Shown here: positions 1 to 7,858 of the stretch, in pieces
Layout: the number at the start of each line of letters is the position of its first letter
How positions within the stretch are numbered: the stretch's first letter is position 1
Source: Methanobacteriota archaeon
Lineage (GTDB): Archaea; Thermoplasmatota; Thermoplasmata; SG8-5; DAIRED01
Direction of reading: 5' to 3'
Assembly: GCA_043799545.1 (NCBI GenBank)
Contig: JAZDNO010000015.1
Span: 1 to 19,882, forward strand
DNA: 19,882 nt
Translations under genes and position numbers: made by a program
Notes under the pieces: generated by a model
Seen by the model: the letters and a program-made list of their open reading frames with translations, nothing else
What the model was told of the DNA's origin: nothing
Database searches by the model: none

Positions 1-1
1 C

Positions 2-547
2 GGCAACGAGTACTCCGGCACGATAGGCAAGAAGATAACGGCCTCGCGCTGGAAGGGAATAGAGTACATCAGGAAGTTCTTCGTGCCGCAGAACCCGAAC
101 ACGGTCCTGCAGCAGGAGCACCGCGCCCTCTTCACGGGGGCCGTGGACTCCTGGCACACCCTGACGAGCGAGCAGAAGGACGCCTACGAGCTGATGGCCG
201 TCAAGATGACGGGAATGAACCTCTACGTCAAGAGATGGCTAGAGGCCGCGAGGAACCAGACGCCCCTCCCGGTCCCGCAGCCCCTCGCGGTCCAGGTGAC
301 TGACGCCGAGGGCTACGCCCTCCAGGGCGTCGTGGTCAAGTTCAAGAGGCGCTCGAAGCTCATCCGTGAGATAAAGACCGGCGCGAACGGCCGCGCCAGC
401 CTTGTGCTCCCCCTCGAGGACGCCCCCTATGACGTCGAGACCTCCGCGGACGGCTACACCGTCCAGCGCATGGTCGACCTCACGCCCTCCGCCGCCGGCA
501 CCGTCTCGCTGACCGTAACGCCCGTGGCGCCCCCAGTCCAAGCCTGA
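2..547 (+). CDS. Hypothetical virus-associated-type protein (5' partial); N-terminal P-x-N-P-x-T-x-x-Q...RALF...W domain plus C-terminal carboxypeptidase-regulatory/Ig-like beta domain
   Basis: The frame is open from base 2 (GNEYSGTIGKKITASRWKGIEYIRKFFVPQNP...), so the GTG at 83 is not the true start. The C-terminus (LAVQVTDAEGYALQGVVV...TGANGRA...YDVETSADGY) fits the carboxypeptidase-regulatory-like pattern. Very high GC3. Confidence 0.7.
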   Translation, partial: GNEYSGTIGKKITASRWKGIEYIRKFFVPQNPNTVLQQEHRALFTGAVDSWHTLTSEQKDAYELMAVKMTGMNLYVKRWLEAARNQTPLPVPQPLAVQVTDAEGYALQGVVVKFKRRSKLIREIKTGANGRASLVLPLEDAPYDVETSADGYTVQRMVDLTPSAAGTVSLTVTPVAPPVQA

Positions 548-548
548 G

Positions 549-857
549 GTGGCGCGCGTGGCGTTCATCGAGGAGACGCCGGACGGCCTCATGCTGCGGG
601 GGAAGTTCGGCGACAGGGTCCACTACAAGCGCAACGGCAAATACTACTCCCGGCGCTACGTGAAGCCCCGCGACCCGAAGACCCCCGCCCAGCTCAGGCA
701 GCGAGCCCTCTTCCGTGAGGCCAACACCTTGTGGCACGCCTTCTCCAGCGAGGAGAGAGAGTACGTCAAGAGCCTAGCAGACGAGCAGCCCGCCTTCTCG
801 GAGTTCATGAGGGAATACATCGCCAACTACCCGGAAGAGGAGCTCAGGAAGCCCTAG
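549..857 (+). CDS. Hypothetical protein, paralogue of the N-terminal domain of the upstream gene
   Basis: 102 aa; GTG start 1 nt after the upstream TGA. Shares G..G...R.G..Y.R....P..P.T..Q...RALF..A...WH...SE with 2..547. Confidence 0.75.
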   Translation: MARVAFIEETPDGLMLRGKFGDRVHYKRNGKYYSRRYVKPRDPKTPAQLRQRALFREANTLWHAFSSEEREYVKSLADEQPAFSEFMREYIANYPEEELRKP

Positions 858-919
858 CCTCGGGAAGACTCCACACCCACTCCGCTTTCGCTCCACCATA
901 AACCCGCCCAAAGGTGACC

Positions 920-1195
920 ATGATCCCCAACGACATCCTGCTCTTCGCCTCCCTCGGTTTCGCAGGTGGCCTCCTGCACACCGCCCTGCACTCGGGAGGC
1001 GTCCTTGTCCTCCCCCACGTCTATGACGGGAAGCTATACCTCGGCTGCCTGCTATCAGGGCTCATAGGGCTCGTGACGGCCGTTGCCGTCGATTCTAACG
1101 TGCTCACGGCCTTCTTCTCTGCTGTGGCGCTCCCGGACGTCGCCGAGGGGGCTGTGCGCACGGCTAGGACACGATACAACGGGAGAGGCAAATGA
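920..1195 (+). CDS. Small multi-TM membrane protein, DUF4257/holin-like
   Basis: About three hydrophobic segments (LLFASLGFAGGLLHTAL, LYLGCLLSGLIGLVTAVAV, VLTAFFSAVAL) with an LVLP...LG pattern reminiscent of DUF4257. AGGTGA at 912-917 precedes the ATG at 920; GTG 914 is an alternative start. Confidence 0.55.
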   Translation: MIPNDILLFASLGFAGGLLHTALHSGGVLVLPHVYDGKLYLGCLLSGLIGLVTAVAVDSNVLTAFFSAVALPDVAEGAVRTARTRYNGRGK

Positions 1196-1428
1196 CGCCT
1201 CTCCCGGTCTACGCCAACGAGTTCGTCGTCTGGCTGAACGGCGATGCCGTCGCAATCGAGTTCAAGACCAAGGTCGGCGCGGAGATCGAGGAGCGCGTGG
1301 CCCTTATCATGATGCACCCGGACAAGTTCAGGGAGCTGCTGGAGATGATGATGGGGATTGATGATGGTGTGGAGGGGGCGACGAAGGCAACGCCTGGGGA
1401 GAAATATAAGGGAGTGGAGTTCGGATAA
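1192..1428 (+). CDS. DUF3467-like small hypothetical protein
   Basis: ATGA overlap with the previous gene. The pattern VYANEF...IEF...RVALIMMHPDKFRELL resembles DUF3467. The last 23 codons have atypical codon usage. Confidence 0.55.
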   Translation: MTPLPVYANEFVVWLNGDAVAIEFKTKVGAEIEERVALIMMHPDKFRELLEMMMGIDDGVEGATKATPGEKYKGVEFG

Positions 1429-1434
1429 TACTCA

Positions 1435-2001
1435 TCAAGGCACGAACACCGCAGCTGCCACCGTCGTCGTCCAGCAGCCCTTCTTATCGCCTATGGCGCT
1501 CTGCGTTATATTCGCGGTCTTCACGATGCGCCCGTCTATCTTGAATATCTCCTTCTTCGCGTCGTAGTGCTCGTCGAGGTCGAACTCTATCCCGTAGGTC
1601 GAGGACAGCATCTGAGCCGCCAGGTCTTCCGCGTAGTCGCCGTTCGCCTTCTCGGTCAGCCCGAACGAGTGGTGCTCGCTGAGGTAGCCATAGTGCTTCT
1701 CGTCAGCCGGAATCGCAATTCCTATAGAGGCGGCGACGAGGCGGTTCGGCTCGTTCGATGCGTTGTCGGCCATAACGCAGAATACGACCTGGCCAGCGTT
1801 CAACATGGACAGCCCCTTCTTGCGGGGAATAAGCTTGCACCCCGGGGGGTAGATACTCGACACCCGCACGAGGTTGAACCTCTCGATTCCTGCATCGCGC
1901 AGCGCCATCTCGAAGCTGCTGAGCTTCTCCTTGTGCCTTCCCGTTCCTTTGGTCAAGAAAACGTGCCGTGGCACGTTCCCATTTTCTATGTTCTGTTCCA
2001 T
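1435..2001 (-). CDS. pdaD: Pyruvoyl-dependent arginine decarboxylase
   Basis: SSFEMALRDAGIERFNLVRVSSI (self-cleavage Ser-Ser), YGYLSEHH, C-terminal WTTTVAAAVF. Tandem TGA TGA stops. Confidence 0.92.
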   Translation of the reverse strand: MEQNIENGNVPRHVFLTKGTGRHKEKLSSFEMALRDAGIERFNLVRVSSIYPPGCKLIPRKKGLSMLNAGQVVFCVMADNASNEPNRLVAASIGIAIPADEKHYGYLSEHHSFGLTEKANGDYAEDLAAQMLSSTYGIEFDLDEHYDAKKEIFKIDGRIVKTANITQSAIGDKKGCWTTTVAAAVFVP

Positions 2002-2487
2002 TCAAACACCTCTCTCTTCTTTTGAAGTATTGCCCTTTAATTTGGATCCCAGCCAGCCGATGCTAGTGGCCGCCCTGTCGTCGAATTGCGGAACGTACGG
2101 CTTGATGTCCAAGAGGGGCGTCCCGTCCAACACGTCCAGGCCCTCTACGTCCAGAACGTTGCCCTTGCGCGAAACAAGTTTGACCGTCGAGAGTCCGATT
2201 CGATTTGGCCTCTGAGGAGACCTCGTGGCGAAAACACCGCGCGGCACGTCGTCCAAGAAAGGTTTGACCATGAGGGGCTCGTCCTTGCTCAGATGGAAGC
2301 GGTAGAGAATAGTGATGTGGGAGAAGCCATCTAAGTTACTCAGACCGTCAGCGTACCTCTCGAACACGATAATCCTCCCCTTAATCTTTGAGAAACAAGC
2401 TTGTATTGGGACATCTTCAGGCCTTTTGAGAGGAGACTCTATCGTTCCTATGCTGTAAACCTCGAATGCTGCTTCCTCATTTACCAT
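2002..2487 (-). CDS. tsaA: TrmO/TsaA (YaeB/AF0241)-family SAM-binding protein, short form
   Basis: IGTIESP, GFSHITILYRFH, RGVFATRSPQRPNRIGLS, LDVLDGTPLLDIKPY. Confidence 0.9.
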   Translation of the reverse strand: MVNEEAAFEVYSIGTIESPLKRPEDVPIQACFSKIKGRIIVFERYADGLSNLDGFSHITILYRFHLSKDEPLMVKPFLDDVPRGVFATRSPQRPNRIGLSTVKLVSRKGNVLDVEGLDVLDGTPLLDIKPYVPQFDDRAATSIGWLGSKLKGNTSKEERGV

Positions 2488-2902
2488 CCAGGAACCTCCA
2501 TCCGCGCCTTTTCGCGCAGTCGGCTATTGCGCATCTCAGCGCTGTGATGCAAAGGGTCGCGCAGTGCTCGTGCCCTTCCGGCAGGCCGCCCAGCGCGCTG
2601 ACGATTGCCTCGGGGCGCAGGTTGAAGGCGTCCATGATAGTCTTCCCCTCGGCCAGACGGGTCGTGGCGCTGCCGCACGCGAGCGTCACTGCACACCCAT
2701 TCGCTTGAAAGCAGACCTTACTGATTGCGTGGCCATCCGCTTTGACATAGAACGTCATAGTGTCGCCGCACGGCCCCGTGAAAATGGATTTGCCGTCGGC
2801 GTCGTCCATCATTTCCATATTCCTGGGATTCGTCGCCTCCTCTATCAAGATACGAGATATCCCTCGGAAAGCGTGGCTATCTTCCAGCCTGTCAACGATC
2901 AT
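2477..2902 (-). CDS. iscU: IscU/NifU-N-type Fe-S scaffold
   Basis: NPRN, GPCGD, NGCAVTLACGS, LGGLPEGHEHCA; the three conserved Cys are present. Confidence 0.85.
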   Translation of the reverse strand: MIVDRLEDSHAFRGISRILIEEATNPRNMEMMDDADGKSIFTGPCGDTMTFYVKADGHAISKVCFQANGCAVTLACGSATTRLAEGKTIMDAFNLRPEAIVSALGGLPEGHEHCATLCITALRCAIADCAKRRGWRFLDGK

Positions 2903-3758
2903 TAAGCATCTCCTCGACGCGCTTCCAGGCAGTGGACAGCGCTTTGGCCAGCGTCGTTTCCGGGTACTCCGTGACCGGGCGTCCCTCGACTATTGCCCTG
3001 GTAGCTACGTCGTCGTATGGCAGTTCGCCGATGACCTCTATCCCTTCGGTGGCACAGTATTTCCTCACCGACATGACATTGTCCGCGTTCACGTCCGACT
3101 TGTTTATCAGCACGCTGGCTTGCACGTGGAAATGCCTCGCGACATCGACCATCCGCCTTCCGTCGTGGATGCTGGACAGCGTCGGCTCCACGACGACGAT
3201 GGCCATTTTCGTACCGCCAATCGCCGCTATGACGGGGCACCCAGTGCCCGGCGGCCCATCTATTATAATCGTGTCCCGGCCGCTCTCTCTTGCAAGCCGC
3301 CTGGCGTTCTCCCTCACGAGCGAGACGAGCATCCCGGACGCCTCCTGGCCCGGGTCGAGAAGCGCGTGTGACATCGGGCCGAAGCGCGTCTCGGAGACGT
3401 ACGCCTCGCCGACAACTCTGTCGCTCATCCATATGGCTCCGACTGGACAGACGATTGTGCAAACGGCGCATCCCTCGCACCTGTCCCTGTGAATTGCGAA
3501 CGATTTGTCGATGGCTCCGAACCTGCATGCTTCCAGGCACTTGCCGCAATTGACGCACTTTGAATCTTCCTTGATGGCCGCTTTCATACCGTAGAACTTG
3601 GTACGGCCCTTGATCGTCGGTTTAAGCACCATATAGAGGTCCGGGGCGTCGACGTCCGCGTCAGCGAAGACCGCTCCCTTCGCTAGGGCCGCGAACGCAG
3701 CCGCGACCGTCGTCTTGCCAGCTCCGCCCTTCCCGCTTACAATCACCAGCTCCTTCAA
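2892..3758 (-). CDS. MinD/CobQ-superfamily P-loop ATPase with inserted 2x[4Fe-4S] ferredoxin domain (copy 2)
   Basis: The true start is probably TTG at 3758 (MKELVIVSGKGGAGKTT), with a TTGA overlap onto the upstream stop. Motifs DADVDAPD, CVNCGKCLEAC, CEGCAVCTIVCP, DGPPGTGCPV. The ORF-track extension to 4292 is an out-of-frame overlap. Confidence 0.9.
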   Translation of the reverse strand: MKELVIVSGKGGAGKTTVAAAFAALAKGAVFADADVDAPDLYMVLKPTIKGRTKFYGMKAAIKEDSKCVNCGKCLEACRFGAIDKSFAIHRDRCEGCAVCTIVCPVGAIWMSDRVVGEAYVSETRFGPMSHALLDPGQEASGMLVSLVRENARRLARESGRDTIIIDGPPGTGCPVIAAIGGTKMAIVVVEPTLSSIHDGRRMVDVARHFHVQASVLINKSDVNADNVMSVRKYCATEGIEVIGELPYDDVATRAIVEGRPVTEYPETTLAKALSTAWKRVEEMLNDR

Positions 3759-4612
3759 AGTGCCCCCTCCCCAATAACAGCGAAAAGGAGGCTCTCGAAG
3801 ACCTTTGCGATTTCCGGCAGGTCGCCGACGAGCGTCTTCCCGTTCGAATACAGTGTGGCTATGCGCCTGTCGTTCGGTATCCTCGCAAGGATGGGAATCC
3901 CTTCCGTGGCGCAATACGCCTCGACCGAGCCGTCGCCCAGCCCGTCCCTGTTGATGACGACGCCGAACGGAATCTTCAACCCCCGCACGACCGCTATGGC
4001 AATTTTCAGATCCCCCAGGCCGAACGGCGTCTGCTCCGTGACGAGGATGCAGCGGTCGGCGCCGCGCAAGGTCTCGACGACGGGACACGAGGTACCTGGC
4101 GGAGCGTCCAGGATAGTCAAGCCGGTAGGGTCGGCCATCTTCTTCAACTCCCTGATTATCGGTACGCCTGTCGGCTGCCCGACGTCGAGCGTCCCCTGCA
4201 GAAGGGTCACGCCTTCCGACGCTCCTCGCTCGATCACCCCCAGGCGCTTGCCAGTTTCCACGATAGCACTTTTCGGGCACACCATCTTGCACCCGCCGCA
4301 GCCGTGGCAGAGGTCACCAAAGAACAGATGCTGTTTGCCCACCACGGCGATGGCGTGGAACCTGCAGAACTCCGCGCACTTGCCGCACCTGGTGCATTTG
4401 TCCATGTCGAAGACCGGTATCGGTTTGGTGACTTCGCGGACGGACTCCAGCTTGGCCTTCAGGAAGATGTTGCAGTTAGGCTCCTCGACGTCGCAGTCGA
4501 CGAGTGCGACCCCGCCCGAAGCTGACTTGGAGAGGCTGGCCGTCAGGGCGAGATTCACGGCGACGGTTGTTTTACCGGTCCCTCCCTTGCCGCTCGCAAT
4601 CACGATATTCAT
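3755..4612 (-). CDS. MinD/CobQ-superfamily P-loop ATPase with inserted 2x[4Fe-4S] ferredoxin domain (copy 1)
   Basis: SGKGGTGKTT, DCDVEEPN, CTRCGKCAEFC, CHGCGGCKMVCP, DAPPGTSCPV. Confidence 0.92.
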   Translation of the reverse strand: MNIVIASGKGGTGKTTVAVNLALTASLSKSASGGVALVDCDVEEPNCNIFLKAKLESVREVTKPIPVFDMDKCTRCGKCAEFCRFHAIAVVGKQHLFFGDLCHGCGGCKMVCPKSAIVETGKRLGVIERGASEGVTLLQGTLDVGQPTGVPIIRELKKMADPTGLTILDAPPGTSCPVVETLRGADRCILVTEQTPFGLGDLKIAIAVVRGLKIPFGVVINRDGLGDGSVEAYCATEGIPILARIPNDRRIATLYSNGKTLVGDLPEIAKVFESLLFAVIGEGAL

Positions 4613-4613
4613 T

Positions 4614-5402
4614 TCAGCTTCCCCTCCTGGCAGTGACTGCAGGCCTTCTCATCCGTGTCTGAAAAACGTCCATTGGCTCCACTCTCGGAGCTTTGCCAAC
4701 GCAATCGTAGACCATGCGCACGTTCAGCCCCTTGAACGGAAGCGACAGCTTCCTCATGACATCCATTCCCAGCGGCTTCGCCGCGCATGGCCGAAGCGGC
4801 GTGTTGAGATGCACTTCATCGGGCAGGATATCGTGTGCCAACCTAGCAATCTTTTCAGTATATCTCATGTTCTGCCCGATGAGCATCACGTCGAGGGCAA
4901 GGGATCCACTGTACATCTCCCGGAATCTCTTCAGGCCAACGACCATGGTCTCGAAATCAATCCCCTTTGCCGGGCGATTGATTTGCTTGAAATGCCCCTC
5001 GGAATCCGCATCGAGCTTGGCCACCACGATGTCGAAATCCAAAAGGCCTTCCCTGACCTCCACATCGGCCATCATGGAGGAGTTCGTCAGCAGGGCGGTA
5101 GGGGCCTTCAACATTCTCTTGATGGCTCTGTGCGCGTCGGGCAGGTTTCGTGCCAGAGTTGGCTCCCCGGTCCCCGAAAACGTCACGACATCGTACCGCA
5201 CGGAAGCGCCGAGCGCCTTTAATTCGGCCTCCATTTGGTCTAGATCGACGAAGTTGCCGCGCTCTGTGGTGTGAATGCCGGTTCTGCCCAGCTGGCAGTA
5301 CGTGCAATCGAAGGAGCAGCGCTTGTCCCTGCTGCACAACAGGTCGACTCCTAAAGATCTGCCAAGGCGCCAGGAAGGCACGGGGCCGTAGACGATGCTC
5401 AA
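4614..5402 (-). CDS. Radical SAM protein (COG0731-like, uncharacterised)
   Basis: YGPVPSWRLGRSLG N-terminus, CSFDCTYC (CxxxCxxC), TFSGTGEPTL, LLTNSS. TTG start with GGAGG upstream. Confidence 0.9.
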   Translation of the reverse strand: MSIVYGPVPSWRLGRSLGVDLLCSRDKRCSFDCTYCQLGRTGIHTTERGNFVDLDQMEAELKALGASVRYDVVTFSGTGEPTLARNLPDAHRAIKRMLKAPTALLTNSSMMADVEVREGLLDFDIVVAKLDADSEGHFKQINRPAKGIDFETMVVGLKRFREMYSGSLALDVMLIGQNMRYTEKIARLAHDILPDEVHLNTPLRPCAAKPLGMDVMRKLSLPFKGLNVRMVYDCVGKAPRVEPMDVFQTRMRRPAVTARRGS

Positions 5403-5444
5403 GATGGAGCCTCCGTTCCATCGCGCTTTACATCAAATCTGTAC

Positions 5445-6050
5445 TCAGCCGTTTTCATCCCCCTCTGCTGCCTCCTTCAATCTTTTTTGATAGTACCCTG
5501 AATAGATGGCTCCCAAAGGATTGTGGGCGAGAACCCTGTCCTTCACTGCAATGGTCGTGACGGGTGCGTTTGAGTGTTTCGTGAACAGGATGTCGTGCCC
5601 GATGCACAGCCCCAGGATGATGTTGAGGTCTGTTTGCGCGTCGTTGAGGACATGCGCCTGCCACATGGGATTGCAGATGGCCTCGACGCCATCTCTCTCG
5701 GGGTGAAGCTGCGTGACCTTGAACCGCGATTTATCCATTCCGCAGACCTTGCAGCACACCGAATGCGTTTCGAAGCCCTTCTCGAGGATGCCGTGCAGAA
5801 CCCGGGCCTCCTTCTCCAGCCCGATGCAGAAGGCGATCCCGAGGCGCTTGTGTCCCATGCGCCGGGCGAATATTATCAACTCCTCAATTCGAGTTTTTTT
5901 CATATAGTACTTCGCCTCGATCTCCGAAGATGTCCGCAATGTTTGAAGGTCGATGCCAGTGTACACCTTGGCGGCATCCTCACCGCTTCCGGTGCAGTCC
6001 TTTCCTTTGTAGCAGTCCTTATGATCACACAAAGCGCACTTCATAGTCAT
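5445..6050 (-). CDS. DUF1847 Cys-rich metal-binding protein
   Basis: TRIEELI.FA..MG.KRLGIAFCIGL, SVCCKVCG, ICNP..QA..LN, LGLCIGHD, VKDRVLAHNP. ATG 6044 is an alternative start. Confidence 0.88.
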   Translation of the reverse strand: MTMKCALCDHKDCYKGKDCTGSGEDAAKVYTGIDLQTLRTSSEIEAKYYMKKTRIEELIIFARRMGHKRLGIAFCIGLEKEARVLHGILEKGFETHSVCCKVCGMDKSRFKVTQLHPERDGVEAICNPMWQAHVLNDAQTDLNIILGLCIGHDILFTKHSNAPVTTIAVKDRVLAHNPLGAIYSGYYQKRLKEAAEGDENG

Positions 6051-6100
6051 CAGTCATCCTCACAGCATATGCGACAGCCATCCTGCGATACGCAGAGCCA

Positions 6101-7447
6101 TCACCTCATGTTCTTCAGCGCGAGTTCTGCAGCGTTGACCAGCTGGTAGGCGATCGGGGAAGCGGTCACCGCAGGGTGAGTTCCTATCTGGAACGTTGCG
6201 ATGTCATCAGCTGTCATCTTGTTCTGTATGCATGCGCTGATTGTGTTGATTAATTCGCCAGCGCTCGGCCCGCCTCTTACGGCACCGCCCACCAGCTCGC
6301 CGTTCGCCTTGTTGAATACGAGCTTCACCCACATCTTTGACATGCCAGGCATCCCTCCCGGGTGTCTGTCTGGAGCCTCCGCTTCGCCGGCGACCACCTC
6401 GAAGCCGCAGCTCCGGGCGCCTTTCTCGCTCATGCCAGCCATGGCGACTGTGAGCCCTCCCAGCGCAGTGGAAAACACCCCGACGACCCCCGGATTCTTC
6501 CGGCGGGTGTTGTACAAGTTGGCTCCAGCGATTCGCGCCTCCGTCGTGGCAATCGATGCGAGCCTGAGCCCCGACGGCTGCCCCGTGAAGAACGAGAACT
6601 TGGTGGCGCAGTCGCCGCACGCGAAGATGCTCGGGTCCGACGTGCGCATGTTCGTGTCGACGACTATGCCGCCCTTGTCGACAGCGAGCCCCGCGTTTTT
6701 GGCCAGCTCGACGTTCGGCGTCACGCCTATCCCCACGATAAGGACATCTGCCTTGATTTCACGCCCGTCTCCGAGCTTGACGCCGGTGACCGCATCCTTC
6801 CCGAGGACTTCGACCAGCTTCGCGCCAGTGATGACGTTTATCCCCTTGGAAGAGAGGTCTTGCTCGACCTCCTGGCAGCACTTGCACACTTCCTCGCCGA
6901 ATGCGATTTGCAGGCAATGGTTAAGCATCTCGATGACGGTCACGTTCACGTTGCGGCCCTTCTTGCACTCGTCCGCCAGTTCGACGCCGATGAACCCGCA
7001 TCCGAGGATGACGACGTCCTTCGCCCCATCCACGGCCGACATGACGCCGCGCAGGTAATCCACATCCTTCTGGATGCAGAAGACGTTCTTCTTGTCGATC
7101 CCGGGTATCGCCGGAACGAGCGGCTTCGAGCCAGTGGCTAGGACTAGCCTGTCGTACGCCACGACCTCGCCGCTATCGAGGGTCACCGTCTTCTTCGACG
7201 GGTCGAGGGTCTTCGCCCCATCGACTGCGAGCTCTATCCCAGCCCCCGTCACCGCCGCGTCTGGTATCAGGTTGTTCTCCGGCTTCCCCACGGTCCCGAA
7301 GATGTAAGGGATGCCGCATGGTATCAGCACCTGTTTCTCCTTCCTCACTACCATGACGCTCTTGTCTGGGTAGTGCCTGCGCGCCGTCATCGCTGCGGGT
7401 ACACCCGCAGCGCTTCCGCCTATGACAACAATGTCAGCGTTCTTCAT
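6101..7447 (-). CDS. FAD-dependent pyridine nucleotide-disulfide oxidoreductase (NADH oxidase/CoA-disulfide or persulfide reductase family)
   Basis: VVIGGSAAG, redox Cys in IPCGIPY, LVLATGS, ILGCGFIGVE, TSDPSIFACGDC, C-terminal dimerisation domain. AGGAGGG is spaced correctly for ATG 7447. Confidence 0.92.
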   Translation of the reverse strand: MKNADIVVIGGSAAGVPAAMTARRHYPDKSVMVVRKEKQVLIPCGIPYIFGTVGKPENNLIPDAAVTGAGIELAVDGAKTLDPSKKTVTLDSGEVVAYDRLVLATGSKPLVPAIPGIDKKNVFCIQKDVDYLRGVMSAVDGAKDVVILGCGFIGVELADECKKGRNVNVTVIEMLNHCLQIAFGEEVCKCCQEVEQDLSSKGINVITGAKLVEVLGKDAVTGVKLGDGREIKADVLIVGIGVTPNVELAKNAGLAVDKGGIVVDTNMRTSDPSIFACGDCATKFSFFTGQPSGLRLASIATTEARIAGANLYNTRRKNPGVVGVFSTALGGLTVAMAGMSEKGARSCGFEVVAGEAEAPDRHPGGMPGMSKMWVKLVFNKANGELVGGAVRGGPSAGELINTISACIQNKMTADDIATFQIGTHPAVTASPIAYQLVNAAELALKNMR

Positions 7448-7485
7448 TTTCATCCCTCCTTTTCACTTTCACCCAGCGGTCCCCT

Positions 7486-7845
7486 TCAATGCTGGTGCTC
7501 CTTGCAGGCGTTCTCATCAGTCGCGACCTGCAATTTTTTAGCCTTCCAAAGTTCGATAGTATTTCTAACTGTCCCTTGAGCGCCGACATAAACTTCTATA
7601 CCATAGCCCTCAAACATGGTTATCGCCCGCGGGCCCAGTCCGGAACAGAGCAGCACATTCACGCCTTCCTTTGCAAGGTGCTCCGGCGGTTTACCGACGC
7701 CGCCCATGTGCTCGCTGGTGTTCCGAACGACGCGGACCTTGTTGGTCTCCGTGTCCACCAGCGTGTACGTCGGGACGCGCCCGAAGTGATCCCCTACCTG
7801 CTCGTCCAGTCCCTTGTCTCCATTTGTGGGTACTCCAATTATCAT
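7486..7845 (-). CDS. NifB/NifX-family (FeMo-co-binding fold) protein 1
   Basis: GLDEQVGDHFGRVPTY, CSGLGPRA, C-terminal ACKEHQH. Confidence 0.9.
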   Translation of the reverse strand: MIIGVPTNGDKGLDEQVGDHFGRVPTYTLVDTETNKVRVVRNTSEHMGGVGKPPEHLAKEGVNVLLCSGLGPRAITMFEGYGIEVYVGAQGTVRNTIELWKAKKLQVATDENACKEHQH

Positions 7846-7858
7846 ATTATCCCTCCAT

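Noticed and set aside
1400-1434. Loose inverted similarity between the left end (AAATATA..GGAGTTCGGATAATACT) and the right end (19074-19104)
   Set aside because: The alignment needs several gaps in purine-rich sequence. It is not convincing as terminal inverted repeats, and no transposase or target-site duplication was seen.
3759-4292. ORF-track N-terminal extension giving a 466-aa ATPase (2892..4292)
   Set aside because: It is an out-of-frame overlap with the upstream ATPase gene with a low-complexity Arg-rich translation. The real homology starts at MKELVIVSGKGG (TTG 3758).
3855-5222. Long + strand ORFs antisense to the operon (also 2760..3371, 6201..7058, 7671..8309 and similar)
   Set aside because: They are shadows of GC-rich coding sequence on the opposite strand, with Ser/Pro/Arg-rich translations and no motifs or SD.
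4614-5402. Calling the radical SAM a wyosine synthase (TYW1/Taw1)
   Set aside because: It is short (262 aa) and lacks the extra N-terminal cluster-binding region expected for Taw1. Only the superfamily call is supported.
6062-6103. 13-aa ORF (MALRIAGWLSHML) between the flavoprotein and DUF1847
   Set aside because: The GAGGTG abuts the ATG with no spacer, and the peptide has no informative residues.
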